Below, piece by piece: positions 13,244 to 25,164 of a stretch of DNA of 64,000 bases (its first letter is position 1; each line of letters opens with the position of its first letter). The position numbers and the translations under genes are program-made. The notes below the pieces were generated by a model. It saw only the letters and a program-made list of their open reading frames with translations, was not told where the DNA came from and ran no database searches. The stretch lies in the NCBI RefSeq assembly GCF_037042905.1, contig NC_087245.1, forward strand, positions 33,792,001 to 33,856,000, read 5' to 3'. This DNA comes from Lytechinus pictus. Lineage: Eukaryota.

Positions 13244-13889
13244 GGCTCTTTGAAAGCATTTGCTGTTCTTTCTTCTCGATCTGCAGCAAAAAAAGAAATT
13301 GATTACCTCGTCAATCTTCTGAAGAAGTGGCCGAGAAGCATCCGACTTTGTATCTACAGAGAATAATACAGGGAACCACAATTGTTACAGGGATTGTAAC
13401 AATTGGAGGGAGAAATGGGCATTGTTGAAAATATATAATTAAGCTATTCCTCATAATCTGGGTCAACAGCAAGGTTTGGCATATTAAACCTGCTAATCGG
13501 TACAGGAGGTACCCCACCCCCAATGACAGACAATAGTAGGCCATGAACTTTATGGCGTATTAAGCCACTCACATATGGAAGGCCAAGACGCTCATTAACG
13601 CCAACTACCTTTATACGTATGCTCTAGCAACCGAACGTAAGCTTTTTCTTAACCTTGTGTGGACCAATCGGCGAGCTTGATTTTTGGTGTCAATCACGCG
13701 TATACTATTACCATAGGTCAGCTTGTATAGCATACATATGGATTGAGCATGCGTATGCTAATATCACACGTCACACTGAGTTCACTCAGTACATTCTGAA
13801 ATTCGTTCTTATAACTTGCTCGCTCGAGCATGAATAGTTTCCAAGTTTATGTTGTCATTTAAAAGTTGACTTTATTAGCCTTCCATATA

Positions 13890-14711
13890 CAGTGCGTCCC
13901 AGAAAAAACGAAACCGAGATTTAGCGATGATTTATCATAACTTAGTCATAAATAAAATAGACAAATGACCTACCAATCTAAAGCTTAGAATCTCCTCTTT
14001 CATCTGATATTACTTAGATTAATCCTCATTCACGCATGAGTGAGCAAAAACAATTCGAAGAAAGGATGCCAAAAACTCATTTGGCGGGGGGTATCTGAAT
14101 TTCAAAAAGAAAATCACATGACTAAAAAGTTCAATATCTGCTCTTTTGTTTGATACCTTAATCACAAAAAACGATCAAGAAGTAAAACAGTTATGTTCCC
14201 TCGAAACAATGCGCTTGTATTTCCATAATTTCATTAAATAATCGTGTTTTCACCGGTTTCCCACAAAAGCTATCACATGGTTAACAAAAGACTTAATGCA
14301 TGGCTGATCGTTAACAAAACGGAGTGTCGAGTGAGTTTGAACGCTAGCCTGTAAAACCTCTTCATTTTATGAAATTATTGAAATTCAAGCCTTATTTCAA
14401 ATAACCAGAACTTTGTTATTTCTTGACCATTTTCTGTAATTGAGGTACCAAATTAAAGAGCAGATATTGAACTTTTGAAAAATGTGGTTTTCTTTTTAAA
14501 ACCCAGATACGGCCCGCCAAGTGACTTTTTGGTATCCCCTTTTCAAATTGTTTTTGCTCACTCATGCGTGAATAAGAAATAGTCTTAGTACTGTCAGATG
14601 AAAGAGGAGATTCTAAGCTTTAAAATGGGAGGTCATTTGTCTATTGTATTTGTGATTAAGCTATGAAAAATCATTGATAAATCTCGGTTTCGTTTTTTGT
14701 GGGACGCACTG
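13890..14711. mobile_element. Palindromic Tc1/mariner-type MITE nested in the right end of another Tc1-type element (13818-14795)
   Basis: TIR CAGTGCGTCCCA(G/C)AAAAAACGAAACCGAGATTTA with about 300 bp of arm symmetry; TA TSD; flanks match the right TIR of the 7641-9455 family. Confidence 0.9.
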
Positions 14712-15268
14712 TATATATACGTCTTTTCCCCCAAAGAGATATATTTTTTATTTGGCAGCCATTTCAAAAGTGTATAGTTTTTTGGGGACGCACTGTATAG
14801 CATACGTAAGTAAGTTGGCGTTAATGAGCATCTTGGTCTTCCATACTCCCACCCTTCTGCAATAAGACGACAGAGAAGTGATCCAGTCAAATTTAATGTC
14901 ATCATTCATTTCCCGTATGAATTGATATTTCCCAATATTCAAATTTACACCTGTAAGCAGTGCATCCAAGATGAAATAACAATACTCCGGAAAGTAGTGA
15001 TATTTGATCATCTCATTTCATCATAGCTGTAAGTTTTAAATATGTCAAAATTATGAAAAACTATTTTAAAAAAAATTGAACGCTCTAATGAAAATCTAAA
15101 CACACCCGCCAGTCACATTTTACCACGTTCTCTCTTGCAACAACACATATTAAGAAGCGTCACTCGGATAATACACAACTGAACATGAGCATAAGTATAT
15201 ACAATTTTAGACGGCGATCTTTACTAGGATGCCTTAAACAGCAATTATTATGAGAAGAAACCTCTTAC

Positions 15269-15283
15269 CATCTGACGGGAGAT
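15269..15283 (-). CDS. Candidate 15-nt microexon (DLPSD) of the VPS9-domain gene, left copy
   Basis: CCCAG/ATCTCCCGTCAGATG/GTAAGA; identical in the paralog 56231-56245; phase 1-1, joins exon A in frame. Confidence 0.5.
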
Positions 15284-15367
15284 CTGGGAATGTTGAGTTT
15301 CTTTGGGGGCTATTGTCCATGTTTCCACATCCGATATGTACGATTTCGCAATGTGAGTGAAAAAATT

Positions 15368-17020
15368 TTAGTCTCTGATCGACTCCGTTATTGTGTAGTG
15401 CGCGGGTTGCGGTACACTATTCAATTTTATTATCATTTAATCATGTGAAAACAAAACAAAGTTCACTTATCGTAATAGAATGCGAAGAGTTGAGCATATT
15501 GTCTGCAGACATTGACCCTGACCCGATTAAATATATTGACCAACAAGATACGTCTTGAGCCCGATGGACTTATTAGAGTTCATTGACGAAAGTTGGTGTC
15601 CCAGGTCGTCTTCAGATTCGGACCGGATATAAAAATGAAAATATGTCGTTTGTTCAGAGTCCAGGACGATTCTCGACAAAGGCTGCTTTTGACAAAAGAT
15701 TCTATGCGTTATACTTTTGAAATGGCTGCCAAATAAAAAAATATATATCACTTTTGGGGAAAACACATATATGGAAGCCAATAAAGTCAACATTCAAATG
15801 ACACCAAAAAGTTGGAAAACTATTCATGCTTGAGCGATCACTGCCCACTGAAACAAATGGTATGAAAATTAGGCTGGGCCTAATTGAGATGGAGATGGAG
15901 GGAGGGGCTGCTAAATGTTCGGTTGACCTTTATCCCATCAACATACTTCAACTATTTTAGTCTTATCTTACCCCCTATTCTCCTGACTCTCATGAACATT
16001 TTAGTCTACCGATCGACTCATTATGTTTTGCTCAGGTTGCGGTACACTATTCAATTTTATTATCATTTAATCATGTGAAAACAAAACAAAGTTCACTTAT
16101 CGTAATAGAATGCGAAGAGTTGAGCATATTGTCTGCAGACATTGACCCTGACCCGATTAAATATATTGACCAACAAGATACGTCTTGAGCCCGATGGACT
16201 TATTAGAGTTCATTGACGAAAGTTGGTGTCCCAGGTCGTCTTCAGATTCGGACCGGATATAAAAATGAAAATATGTCGTTTGTTCAGAGTCCAGGACGAT
16301 TCTCGACAAAGGCTGCTTTTGACAAAAGATTCTATGCGTTATACTTTTGAAATGGCTGCCAAATAAAAAAATATATATCACTTTTGGGGAAAACACATAT
16401 ATGGAAGCCAATAAAGTCAACATTCAAATGACACCAAAAAGTTGGAAAACTATTCATGCTTGAGCGATCACTGCCCACTGAAACAAAGGGTATGAAAATT
16501 AGGCTGGGCCTAATTGAGATGGAGATGGAGGGAGGGGCTGCTAAATGTTCGGTTGACCTTTATCCCATCAACATACTTCAACTATTTTAGTCTTATCTTA
16601 CCCCCTATTCTCCTGACTCTCATGAACATTTTAGTCTACCGATCGACTCATTATGTTTTGCTCAGGTTGCGGTACACTATTCAATTTTGTGTCATGTAAT
16701 CATGTGAAAACAAAACAAAACAAAGTTCAATTATCGTAATAGATTGCGAAGAGTTGAGCATGTTGTCCCCAGACATTGACCCTGACCCGATTAATTATAT
16801 TGAACAACAGATACGTCTTTAGCATCCACTTCGCAGACGCTTCAACGTTTAGAAATTATTGAAAATGTCCGTCAAATCCCAATGGACAGATAAGAGTTCA
16901 TTGACGAAAGTTGGTGTACCAGGTCGTCTTCTGATTCAGACCGGACATAAAAATGAAAATATGTCGTTTGTTCAGAGTCCAGGACGATTCTCGACAAAGG
17001 CTGCTTTTGACAAAAGATTT
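15368..17020. repeat. 630-bp tandem duplication (two near-identical units plus a diverged partial third)
   Basis: Identical ORF translations at 15527/16157 and near-identical at 15884/16514; each unit is a decayed exon piece plus a deleted Tc1-MITE piece. Confidence 0.9.
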
Positions 17021-17130
17021 CACGCGTTTTAGATAGCGTATATGCGAAGTGATTACTGAAATGCCTTAATATCCTATCCCCATGCAGCACCCCGACTACT
17101 CAACGACCACAGTGACAACAGTGACAACCT
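16735..17130 (-). pseudogene. Decayed upstream exon, probably of the VPS9-domain gene
   Basis: Protein-like frames IFCQKQPLSRIVLDSEQTTYFHFYVRSESEDDL and KWMLKTYLLFNIINRVRVNVWGQHAQLFAIYY, broken by a frameshift and stop; ends in phase 1 before ATAAGT/ATAATT (donor-like but lacking GT). Confidence 0.4.
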
Positions 17131-17685
17131 GACAAATTTCTTTTTAAATATACACTCATTTACCGGTGCATTATTCTCACATTCATATTTTTATTTGTTA
17201 TTAATTCCAAATCTTATTAGGTTTCCTTTTTTTTTTTTACTGCTTATACATCTTTTCCCAATACAATGTACTTCATTTTAAAGTTTATATTTACCTGGCC
17301 AATTTAAATGTATATCTAAATACCAATTAACTACACCTTCTTTAAGTTGTCCTGTAATTACGTTTCCAATCACACTATATTTGATTGTTCTTGTACATAT
17401 CAATTTCAATATGCTTTTTCTGTATGAATTATTGTTTGTATTAATATAATAATCTATGTATGTGTTTTTATTCTTTGGGTGTTAACATACAAGTCCAGGT
17501 CGGGGAGGAAAGCCTGCGGGCTACAGTAATTTATTTAACTTTTTCCTTTTCCAGGCAACCTGGACTTGTTCTGTAAACATCCCTTTTCATTTATAATTGT
17601 ATATTCTCTTGTAAATTGATTGTAAACTGTTTTTGTTGAAATGCCGAATAAAATAATAATAATAATAACCTTGTCTTATCATTAA

Positions 17686-18270
17686 AGGAGAATGAAACCC
17701 TTGAAACCAGCTGAATCCATATCAAAGAGAAAAATTAAAGAAACATATTGTTGAAAGTTTGAGGAAGATTGAATTAATAATAAGAAAGTTATGAGCATTT
17801 GAATATTGAGATCACTAATGCCATGTAGATCCTCCCATTGGCAATGCGACCAAGATCTGTGATGTCACACACGTACAACTCCCTCATTACTTTAGTACTT
17901 ATTTTACTTATATTCTCACTTTTATAGAGTCTATCACAAGGTGAGGTGTTCTCTTTCTGAGAGGACAAGTACAGAGGTTTCACAACATTATATCATTGCT
18001 GAATCGTTTGTCATAATGATTAGAATGAGCAAAAAGAGATGTTTTGGGGTATATTTTCAGTGTCCAAAAGGGGAGAGTTGTTCATCTGTTACATCATAGA
18101 TCTTGGTCGCATTGCCAATGGGAGGATCTCCATAGCATTAGTGATCTCGACATTCAAATGCTCATAACTCTTCTATTGCTAGTCCTATTTTACTCAAACT
18201 TTTGTTGATCTTATTCTTTGACTTTTCTGCTTTCACAAAAGCTAACTTGCTCCAAGAGTTTCATTCTCCT
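17686..18270. mobile_element. Kolobok/T2-type MITE
   Basis: TTAA TSD on both sides; TIR AGGAGAATGAAACCCTTG...CAAGAGTTTCATTCTCCT; internal inverted block 17790-17870 vs 18085-18170. Confidence 0.85.
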
Positions 18271-18289
18271 TTAAAGTATGTCAGTGTGA

Positions 18290-18920
18290 TATTTCCAATA
18301 TAGGAAGAGTCCATCATTTCCATTCTACCCTGTCTTGAGCTTTCGCTTTAGTTTCCTGGTAAGTGGTTCAATTACAACATCTTTGTTCTTTGGCCTCCAC
18401 GCATTCTTTTCCCATCCATCCTCTTACCTCGATCATGTCACGCATCCTGTTGCCATGTCTCAGTAGGCCTATGTGACCGATCCATCTACTTTGTCTTTAA
18501 TTGTAGGGCCCTGTCCACGAAGGATTATGCTATTCTTACTGGAGGGTGCTGAGCATTGTCACAGCACCCCCGTCATAATAGATAACCCCCCGTGGCCAGG
18601 TCCATGTTTAATTGTGTTCCCCTGCAACTAGCATCTCTTCATTTGACAGTCTCTCTGACCACTTGATTTTCAGCATGCGTCGCCATATCCACACCTCGAT
18701 TGCTTCAAATCTCTTACAATCCTCCTTTCTCAGAGTTGCCATGTTTCGCAGTCGTACAAAGTCAGACTCTACACTCGGCTTTTCACTAAACGTTCTCTTT
18801 GGGAGATATATAGGCCTGCTGATGCTCGTGCTGAGTAGCTTTCGATGTCTGAGGAATGCATGCTCCCCCCATGGCTATTCTAGCTGTTACATCTTTCGTG
18901 CAGTGTCCAATGGTCTTTCA
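18290..18920 (-). mobile_element. RTE-clade LINE 3' remnant
   Basis: Minus-strand translation RFEAIEVWIWRRMLKIKWSERLSNEE and DVTARIAM; frameshifted. Confidence 0.7.
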
Positions 18921-20312
18921 TAGTCTTATAATGGTTCCATGGCATTTGCTACACTGCAAATTCCACACATTAATGGAATGACCAAGTTCAACCATGGATT
19001 TAACACTATACCTTATCCTAAACCTAACCCTTTTTCTTAGACGAAATGGACCCGGAGCACATGTCGTGTCACCCTTATAATAAGGGTCTAACTTAGGTCG
19101 CATTCACTTGACTTACTTTACCCCCATCAGTGGGATAACGCTCATTATCATCACTCTATATACGATGAAAGGTGAATGAAATTACAAGTAATCAAATGTT
19201 TTATCTTCATTGACGAACGTGATTTGATTCCTCGGTGTGAGACATTTTCTGCGTTTTTGAATCCGTCCCGGTTGCAGTTGTGAAAATTCCCTAATTACTG
19301 CGATGCAACTCTCATGGCAGTAAGTAACCTTAATGCGTATAGGTGTTTAGCATTTTTATTGCCAACTGATAACCGTATCAGATAAGTTGCTTCGCATATC
19401 TAATATTATATTTATTTATATTCCTTCTATGAATATTCTTGCGTATACTTTACTTAATAAATTATTGTTAAATTGGTCACGGTGCTCGGGGTATAAACTA
19501 TAATTCAACACTATTCTGCATGAATCTGCAGTGCCTTTTGCTATTCATTGATGAAATGTGAACGAAGTATCGCAAAAATATCGTTTAACATGAAAATGTT
19601 ACCGGTTTTTTTTGGCCACATCTGTCAGCCTTTAAAAAAAGGGGCGGATCCAAGTTTTTCCAAGGGGGGGGGGCACATTTTCCATAGGAAAAATCTGTCA
19701 ATATAAAAAGATTTTTAGGGTTTCAACCACAATAAAAAAAAGTACATTTCAACGAACAATTTTGACATTTTGTATTTACTGCAGTAGTTCTTCACGGGGC
19801 CAATATTGCCATTAATTATCGAAAATTATGAAAGTAATCATAAACATTGTCTTGAATGAATGTTCCTATGAAAATGGAAATTTTTAGAAAGTTGAAATCT
19901 TATAACTCTACCTAGCAATTTTCTTATCAACTATTCAGTTTTGCTTTTGACTTTGGTTAAAGGTCGAATAATTGCACAAGACAAGTTAATATTCAAAAAT
20001 TTCAGCTCGCGCTTCGCGCACGCATTGTTTGTTTAGTAAGACAAGTACGTATCATTATTACAAAAGTTTGCTTATAATTTCCCTTTTTTGGTTTGAATAT
20101 AAGAATGTTCAGCTCGTGCTTCGCGCTCGCATGATCTGATTTGGGAGATACATATCTGTTTAATTGCACAGTCCTTAAAATGTCTCTATTATGTCGGTAT
20201 ACCTGGCAAGTGAGCGCGCTTAGAGCGCCCTCTAAGTGTGACTCAAAATATTTACTGGTGCCCCCCCCCCCCCATGCCGTGATCCCAGCTTGTGTTGCAC
20301 CTTTTTATCAAC

Positions 20313-23300
20313 CACGTATGTTCACGGCCTCAACTCAGTCGAGCGCGCCATTGAAAGGCCTTTTCGCCTAGCAATATTGTTAGCGACGTTTGTTAGCATC
20401 ACTTTGCTCACTCTCCAAAATGTCTGCGACATTAAAATTCTAAAAACAATGGATTTGTTCAATTTTTAGTGAGGCTATGAATGTTTATCATTTACATTGA
20501 CTATCAGTGTACCAACATATACCGAATTTACAAGCAAGTGTGGGTAAGACTTTGAATTATCAGTCATTTCGATGCAATCCCAAAATTGATGAAAATATAA
20601 CAGAAATTTGATATAGCATTGCAAAATCCTTATTTTCATATCCCCTTAATTTTTAATCATTTGCAAAAGCATCTTAGTACGTTTCCTAGAATTTTTCACA
20701 GCTGATAACGGTGGTGGCTTATTGATTCTAGTTTTTTTAAAGAAATGGCAGGCATTTGAAATCAGGTAAATTGTTGTTATATTTTTAAAAGAAAATCGTT
20801 AGATTCGAACAACTTACTAATAGTTCTCCAAAAGAAGGGTTATATTCAATTATCTGTGTGTAAATGATACATGACGACAAATTTTACGAGTATATCATTG
20901 CATGTTGGATAACCTTTTCCACGATGAGTTTCGTAATTGAGAGAAAAATCAAGTTCATTCCTAGCACGCGAGCCGCAGAATGATAAATTTTAGCGTGCGC
21001 ACACGGGCTGATCGCCGTGTCTGCGGGGACGGATATCTAGTCCCATACTGGTGTAAGGTGGTATTTTCCACGTACCTTTTCCCCTTGTAATGACCACTTC
21101 GCACTTTAATACTTAATTTTGACACTTAATCTGTAAAATTAATGGTTTAACGATTTTGGAAAATGTTCGGAATATACCTAACACATAAATGATTTCATTT
21201 TCTAGAATTATTATTTCTTTCCTGAATTACCAAAAGGCAAATTTAGGTCAAGATTGCATATACTCACATTGACTGTTTAGCATAGCGCATATCTATTACA
21301 ATTTCTATTATGTGTGTCTATATTAGATAAATTGTCCTGATGTAAATATATGTTATAGAATCATATTGGATACAAAAATCATGACGGGTGTCATGGTCTG
21401 AGTTTTCTTTGTGTATAACAAACAAAATACTGCATGATTCCAATTTTATTTGAACATATCATCGTATGCAACGGCAATTTCAATCAGTTTATAATTTTCT
21501 TTTGCTTAGTCAGCGTTTATTTTTCAATGAGCAGAATTGGTTCGCAAGCGGTTTTTACACCAAAGAGCTTGCCAAAGAGCTCATTCCTGGCACTTCGACT
21601 AAAGATGGATATGATTATTTTGTTTCTCATGGTTATCCATTTTTAAAAACAATATTTATTTACTGCAGCCAACGAGTTCCTGACACAATATAATTTTTGA
21701 CTTAAAACCACATTATGAATGTCCCCCGAGCGGTCTTAAAATAAAAAAGAAATACCCTTTTTCGCAAATGAATCATAGTTGTAGCTGTAAAATTACTTTG
21801 TCTTAATTCCTTTCCTCTTAATTTAATATTTTAGTATTTCATTTACATAACCTAAATGAAGGAGGATTCGGAACGATTATTGTTTGATGATTATGGGTGT
21901 GAAAGGACCCCTCCCCAAAAATAATAATGAGTAAGAATAAATAAATAAATGAATAAATAAATTAAATTAAATTAAATTAAATTAAATTAAAATAAAAGTC
22001 AGTAATCTTTAACAGGATAGTTCGAAAGCTTATTTTCAGTGGGGTCCTCAACACGTATAGAATTGTAATTATAAAAGGTAAAATCTGTTTACACTATAAA
22101 TATGAATATGAACTACTATTAAAAATAAATAAGATCTTGAGATGGTATGTACAAGAAATATTTAAAAAAGAGAACGAAGAAGAAAGTTGAAGGTATAATG
22201 TTGTCTCAAGCGGATCGGGAGAAGGGGGTGCTCATTTCCCTCTCTTTTCCAATACACCGGGTGAGTTATGTATATCTCAATATTGATTTTATAACAAACT
22301 ACTTAAAATCCCCATTTCATGACAGATTATAAAAAAATTCGGCTTACGATTTGTGCTCGCATTGATTGTTGAAAATATATTAAATCGTGCATCATAATTA
22401 CAAAAGTGCTTTAAATGTCCATTTTTCAAGCCATAATATTAACAGATTACGCGCTCTCATTAGGCTTATTAGACTAATAAATAAGATATTAATTTAGTCA
22501 TCACTATGTCCTTGTTTTCAGAATGGAATATCGACAAGTTCTATTTCGTGCTTAGGAAGAGAAATAGGAAGACAGTCATCATTTTCATTTGATGACATAA
22601 TGTTCTTAGGATGTCCCGGTCCTAGGTCAAAACTCAAAGGAATAATATTGAAACATATCGGCTTTTTTAAAACTGTGATCCAAATCCACCTCACAATTGT
22701 CCTACAAAGTGCTTGAAATACAGAGATTAAATTGTCCCTTTTTCAGATCGGAATATCAAATACTTTAAGCTCGCGCTTTTTGCGCTCGCTTTATTGATTT
22801 TCATGATGTAAAAGGTATTTAGAATGCCCAGATTCTAGGTCGCGCATGTTTATTCAGATACGCAGCTTGTTCACTATTTAAATCATCCAAATATCAAACA
22901 TTTTGTGCTCGCATTATAAGATTTCCAATTATCATTTTCATGATTTACACAAAATGATCAGAGTGTCCCATTTTTGGGTGTAAATCTCGATTTTTTTCCG
23001 CACGCGCTTCGCGCTCGCATCAATTGTTTAGTCATTTACTTATTATTATCACGATTACAAAAAGTGCTTAGAATTTCCGTACTTCGTCTACAAATGTCAA
23101 AATTTTCAGCCCACGCTTTTCGCTCGCATTATTTGATTGTTGAAAAATGTAAGGTAGTTGCGGTGGATACACATCTGTCTTAGGATCACAAACATTGCCC
23201 AGAATATTTAGATTTTAGGACAAAATACTTTGCACTCGCACTAATCAAATAAGGCTTATGAGATTATTATATATTTATGTTGATTTATAAGAATAAAGCT

Positions 23301-24173
23301 TAGACTATTATAATAAAAGACTACCCCTTCAAAGATACAAACAAAAATCAACTTCGAGTGGCCGATCGGGAAAATGTGGCTAAAAAAATTCGGCTCCCCC
23401 CCCCCCCATATTGGCAAAGGCTGGATCCGCCCCTGTCTACTGATAGCTCTTGAAGGGGGGGGGGATGAGTTACCCTTGAATATTATTGTTGAATATTCAG
23501 CTCAATATATTGCTTTGACCCCCATCCCTTCACACACGTTTTGTATATCCCCGTCTACTAACAGCTCTGGGGGGGGGGGACCATTTTTTTTTTAACTCAA
23601 CATAATTATTGCTCTCACCCCCCCCCCCCCGATCAGATGAATTACGCCACTTGACGTGCGTGATTTCAATTGCAATATAGCCCCAAGATCCACTGACTAT
23701 TTATTTAGCTTACACATTAAAAAAAACTGGAGAGTTGTCAAACTCAACACAAATATACAATAAAATAACAACAAAATAACATACTATAGAAAGAAAGTAT
23801 TAAAAAAATTGAGAACTTAGTACAATAAAGATAATAAAATGTTGAAATTTTCTACCCCCGTCTCCCACACTCGATCTATTACGTATTAGACAATGATATG
23901 AAATTATGCTGATCTGCCTTTATTTGCGCACGATATTCTTAACTAAAGTCATGATATGACCATTGATATAATGGATTATAAATTTTCATAGTTTGATCAC
24001 ACCATATCCACTTTAAATCCCTGGAAATTCCAGCAACAATACATGTTGTCATGGTACGACACACATTTTCTTTATTGAAAAGTATCACGACACCAACGTT
24101 GAAACTGTGCAAAGGCCTTTAATGGCGAACTCCACTGGGTTGATACATAGCCTATGGGTGATGAACATACGTG
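20313..24173. mobile_element. Non-autonomous CAC-terminated DNA transposon with 4-bp TSD (Chapaev-like or RAG/Transib-related)
   Basis: TIR CACGTATGTTCA at both ends; TSD CAAC (20309-20312 and 24174-24177); empty site TTTTTAT-CGAC-GTGAACG in the paralog at 58183-58200. Confidence 0.85.
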
Positions 24174-25164
24174 CAACGTGAACGTCTTTGGATATAAGCT
24201 AATTGCACCCCCCCCCCCTTGGTGACTCCACTTTTAACATTGCTGATTATAAAGATTGTGTATTTTTCCCCGATAATGCCTTAACATATGATTCTAGAGT
24301 TACTATTACTATATTACTATTACTATCCATATCATTTTTATTTTTGTACATTTGGACACCAAAACCATCTACAAACCGTGTTTTCTTGCTGAAATACAAT
24401 TGTTAGTGGCACAGGAATGACCTTGACAATGATCTTTGTCCTAATTTTCGGAGGTCAGAATTTGGTCCTAATGTTCAGTAGTCATTGCTTATCAACCAAT
24501 TATGTAATTCTATGCATTTTGACACACAAATCATCTATATATCATATTTTATTGTCGATATACAAATTTTAATGGTTAGAAAAAGATCATTGGACTTTAT
24601 TTATTATTATGTGTTTAATGTAGTTGTAAAATCAAATCTTTATATTACACATTATTTATGCACTCTTGTATACATCTATATAATCTGCATAAACTGTACA
24701 CTTGTGCATTGTTTATAATTGCACCTTAACTGTAAATGTCATTGTGACATAGGGAGAAGGGGGAGCATTATGGAAGCGGAGCATCGATGGGTACGGAAGG
24801 AGCTTTCAAGTTCTACTCATGTACAGGTGCGTTCCATTTGCTGATTGTATAAAGGGCAGTTCCGTAAAGTAATCGAACTTTGTTCTATTCACTTCACTTC
24901 ATTTGAATATAAACTACTCCAACCGTGATCATTTAAAAGCAATACCACCATTCATGTGAACTAAAAAGTAAGAACTCATTCAAGGAAGATCCCACAAATG
25001 GTAGACAGACATGTGAATCTTATAGAATTGCCCAGAAGCTATTACATTTGAGCAGTCATAGCAATCAACATGATGATTGTGGTTCTAAATTCCATGAAAT
25101 GAATCAGCATGTTTGTGCATCCGACCACCATTTTTATTCACTCTTACACCACTGTCATGAAATG

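Noticed and set aside
14860..15026. Conserved in-frame TGAs as targets of the TCA tRNA
   Set aside because: Frame is uncertain, TAA stops also occur, and sharing is explained by recent duplication
21434..21693. Transposase remnant inside the CAC element
   Set aside because: No recognisable DDE, zinc-finger or RAG1 motif by eye; needs TBLASTN/HHpred
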